DNA of 64,000 nt, from contig NW_003314381.1 in the NCBI RefSeq assembly GCF_000143415.4, positions 292,649 to 356,648 on the forward strand, read 5' to 3'. This document shows, in pieces, positions 25,669 through 39,500 of the stretch; position 1 is the first letter of the stretch; every line of letters begins with the position of its first letter. The DNA is from Selaginella moellendorffii. Its lineage: Eukaryota > Plantae > Lycopodiophyta. Under the pieces are notes generated by a model. It searched no databases. It was not told the origin of the DNA and was given only the letters and a program-made list of their open reading frames with translations. The position numbers and the translations under genes are program-made.

Positions 25669-28600
25669 CGTGGTGATGGTTTGGAATATGAGGACACTCA
25701 TATTTCGGTGGTCATGGACTCTCAGTGGGGAGACTGGTTTGGGCACACCGCCAAGCGAGGGATGCCTCGGAGTCGTGATGCACGGTTAGATTGCTTAGTG
25801 TGAAAGCTCAGCATATCTAACTTGAACACTTTGGTGCAAGTGGCACCAAGGTCGTGGTGAGTGAGATGGGGACACCTAATCTCAGTTGCTATGAACCCTT
25901 GGCCATAAGGGCTAGCTTGGGTGCACCGCCAAGTGTGGGGGATGCCCCCGGGGTTATAGTCAACAACTTGGAGGTCTAGAAAACCAAGTACCTCTTGGCA
26001 ACTCTGTTAAGGTGCCAAGGTGAGATCACTAGGTGATCTTATGGCCAGAAAAGGACAAGGTCCTTGGTTGGCTAAGGAATGAAGTTCCTGGTTCAAAATG
26101 TTGAAATTGAACTGTTTAAGGTGGTGTGGCTTGGTCGTGATAACCAAGTGGGAAGAGCACCTAAGGGAAATAAACTATGTCCGTGCGATGGCATAGTGAG
26201 TCCGAGGAAAGTAGTCTCTATAAAAGACCCATGGGAGGGTCACGAAGTTGGGCCGTGGATAGAGCCCATAGCAGAAGATGCTAAAGAGACGTACTAGGGG
26301 TGAACGTCCTCCGGACTTGGCAAAGAAGAGTCTTTGCTATGGAACCGAAACAATACCTCAAGGAGGGAGGTAGAGATTCGATGTTGCTTGGTGCAACAAT
26401 CAACGGATAGGAGCAAAAGATGAGTGGCCAAGATAGGGCCGTGGAATCCCTTGGAAGGAATCCAAGTGACAAAGTTAGGCGAGGAACACTAATGTGTTGG
26501 ACGCTAACAAGTTGCGGGAAAGGAAGTGTGTTTCCAAGGAGGGATTCCGAAATGCTCCGATTTGGTGAAAGTGGAAGCTCCAAGGGAGGGAGCAGTAAGG
26601 TAGCCAAATGATAGGGCCATGAACAGCCCTAGCACAAAGTATGATAACTGGAACTTTGGCACGAAATAAAAGAGAGGATGATGGTGCCCTCGAGTAGAGA
26701 ACTTCCTAGGATGGGAAGTGGAGTTGCACAAAAGGTGCAAGGCAAGGTGTCGGAGACACCTAGGAAATTGACTCCAAGAAGTCAAAATTCAAAGTTCCCA
26801 AAGTGCAAAGGTTATATCGATGGAAATCGAGACTACTCGAGAAGGAGTAGTGGGACTGACTTAGAGAAGGGTCTCTAAGGGGTTTAGCGAGAACTGAACC
26901 AATAAAAAGGAGCAAACCACCCCAGGTGGTCAAGTGAGTCTCTAAGCTGGAGAGACTATCCTCCTTAGAGGATGGGCAAGGCATGGTGAGCCTTTGGTGT
27001 CGAACCATTGATGAATATGGAGAAGGCATGGTGAGCCTTCAATGTCAAACCATTGACAAATATTGGCTAGGGGCCAAGGATGGAAATGGTAACACATGTG
27101 AGTGTTACTTTATAAAATGGTTTACCGTTCGATGAGGACATCGAACTTCGTCTATGGGTGGTGGAGTTGTGAGACACAAAATCCCTAGGCCCCAAAGTGG
27201 AGCCAGAAGGGCGCCACATGGTAGTGGCCGAAGCGAGAGCCAAACGAGCGTAACACGTTTGGACCAAGAGCTCCGACTTGAAAAGTCAAGAGCGGGAGTG
27301 GAACTCCCAACGAAGTGCTCGAGGAACGAGCACGAAGCGAGCAAAAGGCGAGGCTCCAAAAAGGGACCCAAAAGGACCAACACATGACACGTGGGAGTGT
27401 CCGAGATGGACTCGAGTTGGAGTCCGAAGTGGAGTCCGAGATGGACTCGAGATGGAGTCCGAGATGGACTCGAGTTGGAGTCCGAAGTGGAGTCCGAGAT
27501 GGACTCGAGATGGAGTCCGAGATGGACCCGAGATGGAGTCCGAGATGGAGTCCGAGGTGGACCCGAGATGGACCCGAAATGGAGTCCGAGATGGAGTCCG
27601 AGATGGACCCGAGATGGAGTCCGAGATGGAGTCCGAGATGGAGTCCGAGATGGACCCGAGATGGAGTCCGAGATGGAGTCCGAGATGGACCCGAGATGGA
27701 GTCCGAGATGGAGTCCGAGATGGAGTCCGAGATGGACCCGAGATGGAGTCCGAGATGGACCCGAGATGGACCCGAGATGGAGTCCGAGATGGAGTCCGAG
27801 ATGGAGTCCGAGATGGAGTCCGAAGTCGAGACCGAGACCGGGACCGAGACCGGGACCGAGACCAAGACCGAGACCGAGATCGGGACCGAGACCGAGACCG
27901 AGGCCGAGGCCGAGACCGAGCCCGAGCCCGAGTCCGAGTCCGAATCCGAGTCCGAGTCCGAGTCCGAGTCCGAGTCTGAGTCCGGAGCCTGAGAGGGTGA
28001 AAGCCCAAAGCGTTCGTCTCCCAGACCCTGGGGGGTTTGGTGAGCCCCAAAAGTATAGTAGGGGGAGGACTGCAGTGGAGCCAGTTTGGCCAGGAAAGGC
28101 CAGTTTGGCCCAGGAAGGCCAGACCCAGTGTTGGGTGATGAGCTGCCCACTGGGAAGTCCAAGACTAGAGTGAACACAGACCGACAAGCGGGGTAGCTTG
28201 GTGAAGTGTTCAAGAGCCGGCTCTAGTTCCCCCGGGAGATCGACTGGCCGATGCTCCCAGTCCAAGTGTGGGTGGCACTACCTACTTGGATACCAGGCGT
28301 GGCTCAACGGAACCCGCTCTAAGCCCATGGCTAGAGCACCTAAAGGCGATAGGTGGGGAGAGTACCCAGGTGGCTCGCGTAAGGCCACGGTGTTCCGAAA
28401 TGTTGTCCCAAAGGCCCAGACTGTGGAAAGGAAGAGGAGCAGTCCTCTGGGGTAGTGACCAAGGACACAGTCATGTGGTGAGGAAGTCCCAGAGGACCGT
28501 GGGACTTAGTGGTCGGGCCTGTGGGCCTCGATCCAGTGGCAGTGTTGGCAAACACGGCCAGGGGCAGAAAGGGACTTGGTAGGAACTGACAAAGGGACTT

Positions 28601-28992
28601 TGGGGAAGGCAATTCCCCAGGTCTGTGGGCATCCTAAGGATGCTAAGGAGTGGATCTAGGATGACCACTCGTGGACCCATGGCCCAGTCTTGGAGAGACG
28701 AGGTGGTGATGCAAGTGGTGTTGAACCACTAGTGCAGCAAAGGTGAATGGGCATGGCCTTAGCGTAACGGGCCGAGATGTCAGTGGTACCTTTGGGTGTC
28801 GGTCTCAGGACCGGACACGTGGAGCACTTGGACCAGGTGCAAGTGTGGAGTGGCATGGATGCCATTCTTGGGGCTAGCAAGTCCCAAGTCCTGAATTGGA
28901 CTGATGGAGGTTGTGAATGAGACTCCTCCAAGTGGTCGGAGGTGTGGTTAAGTGACTAAAGTAGAATGGAAAATTTAGTCGGTTACAGAGCT

Positions 28993-29672
28993 CTTTTGCA
29001 TTAACACACCTCCAAGACCAATGTCAAAAGCATCCACGTGCAAAATAAAAGGTCGAGTGTAGTCAGGATATGCCAAAACTAGAGGAGTTGTCAATAACTC
29101 TTTGAGATCCCCGAACGCTCGCTCACAATCCGGAGACCAGATGAAAGATGACGTTGATGACTTCAGCAACGCTCGCAATAGTGCAATGTGATCAGAAAGA
29201 TGATCCACAAAATGCTCGAGATACTGCACCTTGCCCAAGAAGCGCTGCACATCATTCACACACTTTAGAGTAGGGAACTTTAGAACAGCCACAAGTTTGT
29301 TAGGATCAACTTCCAAACCCTCACGAGAAATACAGTACCCAAGATAAGTTGTGTCCTTGGATCCAAACACACACTTCGACCACTTCAACTTTAAACCAAC
29401 GTCGCGTAGCCGATCCAACACTTTACAAACATCACGAACGTGCTCCTCCCACGTCCCCTCCGAGTGGATCAAGACATAATCAATGTAGTCAGCAGTCACC
29501 TCTGGCATATCGTAAAGAACCTCGCCCATCATCCGTTGAAAAGTTGCTGGAGCATTGTTCAAACCAAATGGCATGACCAAGAACTCGTACAAACCAAATG
29601 GTGTACGAAAAATAGTCTTAGGAATATCTTCTTCGGCCATCGGTACTTGCCAGTACCCAGAAGCAAGATCTA
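28993..29672 (-). pseudogene. Host pol middle segment: reverse transcriptase and start of RNase H
   Basis: DLASGYWQV, KTIFRTPFGLYEFLVMPFGLNNAPATFQR, YIDY (mutated YIDD), LAYPDYTRPFILHVDA. Confidence 0.95.
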
Positions 29673-32600
29673 GCTTGTGTGAGACACAAAATCCCTAGGC
29701 CCCAAAGTGGAGCCAGAAAGGGTGCCACGTGGTAGTGGCCGAAGCAAAAGCCAAATGAGCGTAACACGTTTGGACTAAAAGCTCTAACTTGGAAGGTCGA
29801 GAGCGGGAGTGAAACTCCCAACAAAGTGCTTGAGGAGCGAGCACGAGGAAACCAATAAGCAAGGCTCCAAAAAGGGACCCAAAAAGGACCAACACATAAC
29901 ACGTGGAAGTGTCTGAGATGGATCCGAGATGGACCCGAGACGGAGTCCGAAATGGAGTCCAAGACAGAGTCCGAGATGGAGTCCAAGATGGAGTCTAAGA
30001 CGGAGTCCGAGATGGAGTCTGAGATGGAGTCCAAGATGGATCCGAGATGGACCCAAGACAGAGTCCAAAATGGAGTCCGAGACAGAGTTCGAGATGGAGT
30101 CCGAGACGGAGTCCAAGATGGAGTCCGAGACGGAGTCCAAGATGGAGTCCGAGACGGAGTCCAAGATGGACCCGAGATGAAGTCCGAGATGGAGTCCGAG
30201 ATGGACCCGAGATGGAGTCCGAGATGGACCTGAGATGGAGTCCGAGATGGATCCGAGATGGACCCGAGATGGAGTCCGAGATGGATCCGAGATGGACCCG
30301 AGATGGAGTCCAAGATGGACCGAGACGGAGTCCGAGATGGACCCGAGATGGAGTCCAAGATGGACCGAGACGGAGTCCGAGATGGAGTCCCAGAAGGATC
30401 TGAGATGGAGTCCGAGGTCGAGATTGAGACCGGGACCGAGACCGAGACCGAGGCCAAGGCCGAGACCGAGCCCGAGTCCGAGTCCAAGTCCGAGTCCGAG
30501 TCCGAGTTCGAGTCTGAGAGGGTGAAAGCCCAAAGCGTTCGTCTCCCAGACCCTGGGGGGTTTGGTGAGCTCCAAAAGTATAGTAAGGGGGAGGACTACA
30601 GTGGAGCCAGTTTGGCCAAGAAAGGCTAGTTTGGCCCAAGAAGGCCAGACCTAGTGTTGGGTGATGAACTGACCACTGGGAAGTCCAAGACTAGAGTAAA
30701 TATGGACCAACAAGCGGGGTAGCTTGGTGAAGTGTTCAAGAGCCGACTCTAGTTCCCTCGGGAGATCGACTAACCGATGCTCCCAGTCCAAGTGTGGGTG
30801 GCACTACCTACTTGGATACCAGGCATGGCTCAATGGAACCTCACTCTAAGCCCATGGCTAGAGCACCTAAAGGCAGAAGGTGGGGAGAGTACCCACGGGG
30901 CTCGTGTAGGCCCACGGTGTTCCGAAATGTTGTCCCGGAGTCTCAAATGGGGGAAAGGAGGAGGAGCAGTCCTCTAGTGTAGTGACTAAGGATACAGTCA
31001 CATGGTGAGGAAGTCCCAGAGGACCATGGGACTTAGTGGTCGGGCCTGTGGTCCTTGATCTAGTGGCAGTGTTGGCGAACATGGCCATGGACAAAAAAGG
31101 GACTTGGTAGGAACTGACATAGGGATATTTGGGAAGGTTATTCCCCATATCTGTGGGCATCCTAAGGATGCTAAGGAGTGGATCTGGGATGACCACTCAT
31201 GGACAGATGGCCCAGTCTTGGAGAGACAGGATTGTGATGCAAGTGGTATTGGACCACTAGTGCGGCAAAGGTGATTGGGCATGGCCTTAGCGTAACAGGC
31301 TGCTATGTCAGTGGCACCTTTGAGTGTTGGTCATGGGATCGGACACGTGGAGCACTTGGACCAGGTGCAAGGGTTGAGTGGCATGGATGCCATTCTTGGG
31401 GCTAGCAAGTCCCAAGTCCTGAATTGGACTTATGGAGGTTGTGAATGAGACTCCTCCAAGTGGTCAGAGGTGTGGTTAAGTGACTAAAGTAGAATGGAAA
31501 ATTTAGTCGATTACAACTTGGTATTGGAGCTGTTCCTTGGTGCTCAAGTATATCACCATTGATGCTGGCATCGGAAAGTCCTAGGAGTGGGCCTATCCTT
31601 GAAGAGTAGCATGTCGAGAGGACATGGCTCTCCACTCAAGTTCATGCGTGAACTTGGGCGCGATGTGGTGGATAGAAAAGGGTTAGTAAGGGAACGACTT
31701 TGGGATCTTGGGAACAGTATAAGGGTTTCCTCAGAGAGTTGAGGATGTGATCCAGATGAGCGTTTGACTTAGCAAACTGGCTGATGTAGTTGTGGTAAAC
31801 AACTACAGTTGGGATCACGGGAAAGATGCGGACTCCAAAACAATAAAGGAGTCACAAGATTACCCTTATATAGTTGAGGTTGGTACTCATAAATTTGAGA
31901 CCAGAATTGGTGACTATGGGAGGTCATATAGAAGAGGACACCAGTCTTTGAAATGGTAGCTGGGGCTACCTTTAATAAATGCTGGAACAACCCAAGGAGT
32001 TGGGGGTGTACTTAAAGATGAGTTGGTATTCTCATCACATGGATAAGTAGTCCTAAGGGGCAAAGGTTAGCCCTAGAGGGAATAATCAAGTGTCGGAATA
32101 ACACTTGCAAAGATGGTCCTTTTGAGTAGGATATGAATATAAGAAGTTGTATTCCAGTGAGTTGGCACCTCAAAGACTAAGACTTTGCAGGTTGTTGGAT
32201 TAGCAAAGTCCAAAATGCTAGATGACTCAAGTGGAGACACGGAATGGTCCTAAAGGATTGGTTGAAGCATTTGGACTGAGGTGTATAGTGCCCCATGAGG
32301 TATGGGGAGGATCATAAGATCCAAGTATGAGAACAATAGGTATCTCATTGATGGCAGAATGTGCCATACTAAAATTGTGGGAAAGATGTTCTCAGAAGAA
32401 AGCAACTTTGGCCCAGAGTTGGGTGCAAACACTATGATGCGGTACTAACGGATAGTTAGCATGAGGAACAACTATATTGGTCTTGGCAAAGACCTAGACA
32501 CTAATAAGTAGTGTCATAAGGATAGGCTCGTGGGGCCAATGGTGTGGAGACACCAAATGTGCCAAGGTGTGATACCTTGAGGTTATGTTGGTGGGTTCAT

Positions 32601-33511
32601 AAGAACCCCTTGCCAAGGGAATCCCAACGGAAATGGGAATGGTATAGCCTAAGCTGGAAGACATGTGGTAGAGTGTGGTGACCAAAACAATGATGGAGGT
32701 GTGAAAGCACCAGCAATGAGTTGTAAGACTTGACAACTATGAGGCAACTAAGCAAAAGGTGCAAGATAATTGGTTAAACTAGTAGAAGGTAGCTACCTAA
32801 GACTTCTTAATGGCATAAGGAAGTTAAATATACCTTTATGAGGGATAAATTGCTTATGTTGCAATATAGTAAGTCAATGTTGTAAAAGGGAATGCTCATT
32901 GTCAAAGAGGCCATTATTTGGGACATCCAAACACTCTAGAACACTAGGAGGTGGTGTTTGATGTCGCAAGGGCAATAGATAAGGCCCAAGGGACTAAGTC
33001 CCTAGCGAAGGATGGATAGAAGGTGCTACTCAAATGTCCAAGGTTGCGAAGACGGGAGAAGATTGTTTACCCGAATTGGACAAAGCCAAAAATGGAATTT
33101 TGGCAAGGTTAGTGATGGGCATGTAAGGGCCTATAAGCAACAACGTTAATTCCGGTGTGTGGGATTATAAGGTGAGCATACCTAGATTGAGGAACCACTC
33201 CCTAGGCTATTGGGTTGGTTCATCCCTAAGAATACTTGCTAAGGCATGATAGAAAGTGCAAAGCTATCCTCTTAGTCTGGAGGAGAATGACTAAAGGAAA
33301 AGTGTAAGGCCAAAAGCAAGTAGTAAGGGGATAGAATCAAACCATAGGAATCAAAGGGCATAACCCAGGGTGGTTATGCTAAGTGGGAGTGGAGAATCAA
33401 ATGGGGGCTCGAGGGTGTTGTTGTTAGCAACTGTGATGCCATAGAGAGTCTAAAATATGGAGTTGTCCATGTTAAACTATATAGCAACTAAAAAGCTTGT
33501 GTAAAGGGAGG

Positions 33512-36500
33512 TGTAAGCGACTAAATTTTCCATTCTACTTTAGTCACTTAACCACACCTTCGACCACTTGGAGGAGTCTCACTCACAACCTCCTTAGCCC
33601 AATTCAGGACTTGGGACTTGCTAGCCCCGAGAATGGCATCCTTGCCACTCAACACTTGCACATGGTCCAAGTGCTCCACGTGTCTGGTCCCAAGACCGAC
33701 ACCCAAAGGTACCACTGACATCTCGGCCCGTTACGCTAAGGCCATGCCCACTCACTTTTGCTGCATTAGTGGTCCAATACCACTGGCATCACCATCCCGT
33801 CTCGCCAAGACTGGGCCATGTGTCCACGAGTGGTCATCCTAGATCCACTCCTTAGCATCCTTAGGATGCCCACAGACCTGGGGAATCGCCTTCCCCAAAG
33901 TCCCTTTGTCAGTTCCTACCAAGTCCCTTTCTGCCCCTGGCTGTGTTTGCCAACACTGCCACTGGATCGAGGCCCACAGGCCTGACCACTAAGTCCCATG
34001 GTCCTTTGGGACTTCCTCACCACACGACTGTGTCCTTGGTCACTACCCCAGAGGACTGCTCCTCTTCCTTTCCACAGTCTAGGCCTTTGGGACAACATTT
34101 CGGAACACCGTGGCCTTACGCGAGCCACCTGGGTACTCTCCCCGCCTTTCGCCTTTAGGTGCTCTAGCCATGGGCTTAGAGCGAGGTTCCGTTGAGCCAC
34201 ACCTGGTATCCAAGTAGGTAGTGCCACCCACACTTGGACTGGGAGCATCGGCCAGTCGATCTCCCGGGGGAACTAGAGCCGGCTCTTGAACACTTCACCA
34301 AGCTACCCCGCTTGTCGGTCCGTGTTCACTCTAGTCTTGGACTTCCCAGTGGGCAGCTCATCACCCAACACTGGGTCCGGCCTTCCTGGGCCAAACTGGC
34401 CCTTCCTGGCCAAACTGGCTCCACTACAGTCCTCCCCCTGCTATACTTTTGGGGCTCACCAAACCCCCCAGGGTCTGGGAGACGAACGCTTTGGGCTTTC
34501 ACCCTCTCAGGCTCCGGACTTGGACTCGGACTCGGACTCGGACTCGGACTCGGATTCGGAATCGGACTCGGGCTCGGGCTCGGTCTCGGCCTCGGCCTCG
34601 GTCTCGGTCTCAGTCCCGATCTCGGTCTCGGTCTCGGTCTCGGTCCCGGTCTCGGTCCCGGTCTCGGTCTCGACTTCGGACTCCATCTCGGACTCCATCT
34701 CGGGTCCATCTCGGACTCCATCTCGGACTCCATCTCGGGTCCATCTCGGACTCCATCTCGGACTCCATGTCGGGTCCATCTCGGGTCCACCTCGGACTCC
34801 ATCTCGGACTCCATCTCGGACTCCATCTCGGGTCCATCTCGGACTCCACTTCGGACTCCAACTCGGGTCCATCTCGGGTCCACCTCGGACTCCATCTCGG
34901 ACTCCATCTCGGACTCCACTTCGGACTCCAACTCGGGTCCATCTTGGGTCCACCTCGGACTCCACTTCGGACTCCAACTCGGGTCCATCTCGGACTCCAC
35001 TTCGGACTCCAACTCGAGTCCATCTCGGACTCCACTTCGGACTCCAACTCGAGTCCATCTCGGACACTCCCACGTGTCATGTGTTGGTCCTTTTGGGTCC
35101 CTTTTTGGAGCCTCGCCTTTTGCTCGCTTCGTGCTCGTTCCTCGAGCACTTCGTTGGGAGTTCCACTCCCGCTCTTGACTTTTCAAGTCGGAGCTTTTGG
35201 TCCAAACGTGTTACGCTCGTTTGGCTCTCGCTTCGGCCACTACCATGTGGCGCCCTTCCGGCTCCACTTTGGGGCCTAGGGATTTTGTGTCTCACAACTC
35301 CACCACCCATAGACGAAGTTCGATGTCCTCATCGAACAGTAAACCCTTTCATAAAGTAACACCCACACGTGTTACCATTTCCATCCTTGGCACCTAGCCA
35401 ATCTTTGTCTATGGTTTGACATCAAAAGCTCACCATGCCTTGTCCTTCCTTTAAGGAGCATAGTCTCTCCAACTTAGAGACTGATTGGACCACATGTAAT
35501 GGTTCTCTCCTTTTATTGGTTTAGTTCTCGCTAAACCTCTTAGAGACCCTTCTCTAAGTCAATCCCACTACTCCTTCTCGAGTAGTCTCAATTTCCATCG
35601 ATATAACCTTTGCACTTTGGAACTTTGAATTTTGACTTCTTGGAGTCAATTTCCTAGGTGTCTCCAACACCTTGCCTTGCACCTTTTGTGCAACTCCACT
35701 TCCCATCCTAGGAAGTTCTTTACTCGAGGGCACCATCATCCTCTCTTCTATTTCGTGCCAAAGTTCCAGTTATCATACTTTGTGCTAGGGCTGTTCATGG
35801 CCCTATCATTTGGCTACCTTACCACTCCCTCCCTTGGAGCTTCCACTTTCGCCAAATTGGAGCATTTCGGAATCCCTCCTTGGAAACACACTTCCTTTCC
35901 CGCAACTTGTTAGCGTCCAACACATTAGTGTTCCTCGACTAACTTTGTCACTTGGATTCCTTCCAAGGGATTCCACGGCCCTATCTTGGCCACTCATCTT
36001 TTGCTCCTATCCGTTGATTGTTGCACCAAACAACATCGAATCTCTACCTCCCTCCTTGAGGTATTGTTTCAGTTCCATAGCAAAGACTCTTCTTTGCCAA
36101 GTCCGGAGGATGTTCACCCCTAGTACGTCTCTTTAGCATCTTCTGCTATGGGCTCTATCCACGGCCCAACTTCGTGACCCTCCCATGGGTCTTTTATAGA
36201 GACTACTTTCCTCGGACTCACTATGCCATCGCACGGACATAGTTTATTTCCCTTAGGTGCTCTTCCCACTTGGTTATCACGACCAAGCCACACCACCTTA
36301 AACAGTTCAATTTCAACATTTTGAACCAGGAACTTCATTCCTTAGCCAACCAAGGACCTTGTCCTTATCTGGCCATAAGATCACCTAGTGATCTCACCTT
36401 GGCACCTTAACAGATTTGCCAAGAGGTACTTGGTTTTCTAGACCTCCAAGTTGTTGACTATAACCCCGGGGGCATCCCCCACATTTGGCGGTGCACCCAA

Positions 36501-39500
36501 GCTAGCCCTTACGGCTAAGGGTTCATAGCAACTGAGATTAGGTGTCCCCATCTCACTCACCACGACCTTGGTGCCACTTGCACCAAAGTGTTCAAGTTAG
36601 ATATGCTGAGCTTTCACACTAAGCAATCTAACCGTGCATCACGACTCCGAGGCATCCCTCGCTTGGCGGTGTGCCCAAACCAGTCTCCCCACTGAGAGTC
36701 CATGACCACCGAAATATGAGTGTCCTCATATTCCAAACCATCACCACGCCCTAGTGATTTGGGACTCGAACCCAAGCACTAGAGGGTCGGGACTCGAACC
36801 CAACCTCCGTATATGCATCTACGGACGGCATTACACAGGATGCCTGGCGTGACTCCCCACGCCGGTGCACCAACTTATTTTTAAAGCGTGCTACAGATCA
36901 CAACTTAGGAACTTAGTTCCTCCACACTGCCAAGTCTTCTCACTTGACATGTCTGTGATCATGCATGGACTCCTCCATGCTCGGCCCTATGGCCCACCCT
37001 TTTTGAAGTTATCACCTTCAACTAGGGTCTTTGTTCCCCCGACGTGCCAATCTCACTTGGCAAGTCCTCCGACCATTGTAACATGGTTCCTGCATAAGCG
37101 TGAAAGTCCTTGACCATCGACTTTCATTCAAAGCCCTCTCTTTGAACACTCGGGAACTACTTCCCTAACCTTGATAACCTTGCCTCATGGCAAGCTTCAA
37201 GACCACGCTTCTGCTGCGCCACTCTGATTTCGCGCGTTCCATGAACCATTTACACTTGGCCTTTCTAGGTACTACGCTACCTAGAATCGTCTTTGGGAAC
37301 CTTGAAGGAACTCTGTCCCTCAGCTTGCTAAGGCCTCCCCTTTCGCAAGCTTTATAGTTGCCATATAGTCTAACATGGACAATTCCATATTTTAGACTCT
37401 CCATGGCATCACGGTTGCTAGCAACAACATCCTCGAGCACCCTCTTGATTCTCCACTCCCAACTTTCATAACCACTGTTGGATATGCCCTTTGATTTCTA
37501 TGGTTCGATTCCATCCCAATACTACTTGCCTTTGGCTTCACACCTTTCCTTCGGTCATTCTCCTCCAGACTAGGAGGATAGCTTTGCACTTTCTATCATG
37601 CCTTAGCAAGTATTCTTAGGGATGAACCTACCCAATAGCATAGGGAGTGGTTCCTCAATCCGGGTATGCTCACCTTATAATCCCACACATTGGGATTACA
37701 TTATTGCTTATGGGCCTTTACATGCCCATCACTAGCCTTGCCAAAATTCCATTTTTGGCTTTGTCCAACTCGGGTAGACAGTCCTCTCTTGTCTCCGCAA
37801 CCTTGGACATTTGGATAGCACCTTCTATCCATCATTCGCTAGGGACTTAGTCCCTTGGGCTTTATCCATTGCCCTCGCGACATCAAACACCACCTTTTGG
37901 TGTTCTAGAGTGTCCGGGTGTCCCAATGATGGCTTTCTCGACAATGAGTATTTCCTTTTATGACATTGACTTACTATATCGCAACACAAGCAACTTATCC
38001 CCCGTAAGGGTATATCCAACTTCCTTATGCTATTAAGAAGTCTTGGGTAGCTACCTTCTACCCGTTTAACCAGTTATTTTGCACCTCTTGCTTAGTTGCC
38101 TCATAGTTGTCAAGTCCTACAACTCATTGCTTGGTGCTTTCACACCTCCATCATTATCTGGGTCACCACACTCCAACTGCATGCTTTGCAGCTTAGTGTA
38201 AGCGACTAAATTTTCCATTCTACTTTAGTCACTTAACCACACCTTCGACCACTTGGAGGAGTCTCACTCACAACCTCCTTAGCCCAATTCAGGACTTGGG
38301 ACTTGCTAGCCCCAAGAATGGCATCCTTGCCACTCAACACTTGCACATGGTCCAAGTGCTCCACGTGTCCGGTCCCAAGACCGACACCCAAAGGTACCAC
38401 TGACATCTCGGCCCGTTACGCTAAGGCCAGGCCCATTCACCTTTGCTGCACTAGTGGTCCAATACCACTTGCATCACCACCTCGTCTCTCCAAGACTGGG
38501 CCATGTGTCCACGAGTGGTCATCCTAGATCCACTCCTTAGCATCCTTAGGATGCCCACAGACCTGGGGAATCGCCTTCCCCAAAGTCCCTTTGTCAGTTC
38601 CTACCAAGTCCCTTTCTGCCCCTGGCCGTGTTTGCCAACACTGCCACTGGATCGAGGCCCACAGGCCCGACCACTAAGTCCCACGGTCCTCTGGGACTTC
38701 CTCACCACATGACTGTGTCCTTGGTCACTACCCCAGAGGACTGCTCCTCTTCCTTTCCACAGTTTGGGCCTTTGGGACAACATTTCGGAACACCGTGGCC
38801 TTACGCGAGCCACCTGGGTACTCTCCCCACCTATCGCCTTTAGGTGCTCTAGCCATGGGCTTAGAGCGAGGTTCCGTTGAGCCACGCCTGGTATCCAAGT
38901 AGGTAGTGCCACCCACACTTGGACTGGGAGCATCGGCCAGTCGATCTCCCGGGGGAACTAGAGCCGGCTCTTGAACACTTCACCAAGCTACCCCGCTTGT
39001 CGGTCCGTATTCACTCTAGTCTTGGACTTCCCAATGGTCAGTTCATCACCCAACACTGGGTCTGGCCTTCCTGGGCCAAACTGGCCTTTCTTGGCCAAAC
39101 TGGCTCCACTGCAGTCCTCCCCCTACTATACTTTTGGAGCTCACCAAACCCCCCAGGGTCTGGGAGACGAATGCTTTGGGCTTTCACCCTCTCAGGCTCC
39201 GGACTCGGACTTGGACTCGGACTCGGACTCGGACTCGGACTCGGACTCGGATTCGGACTCGGATTCGGACTCGGACTCGGGCTCGGGCTCGGTCTCGGCC
39301 TCGGCCTCGGTCTCGGTCTCGGTCCCGATCTCGGTCTCGGTCTCGGTCTCGGTCCCGGTCTCGGTCCCGGTCTCGGACTCCATCTCGGACTCCATCTCGG
39401 ACTCCATCTCGGACTCCATCTCGGACTCCATCTCGGGTCCATCTCGGACTCCATCTCGGACTCTATTTCGGGTCCATCTCGGGTCCACCTCGGACTCCAT

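Larger units (their letters stand above)
21266..28987 (+). mobile_element. Family-A non-autonomous LTR element, copy A (inserted in host RNase H)
   Basis: LTRs at 21266-23074 and 27168-28987 are nearly identical. TSD GAGCT (21261-65 and 28988-92). PBS TGGTATCGGAGC at 23078. PPT ATGGGTGGTGGAGT before 27168. No long internal ORF. Confidence 0.97.
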
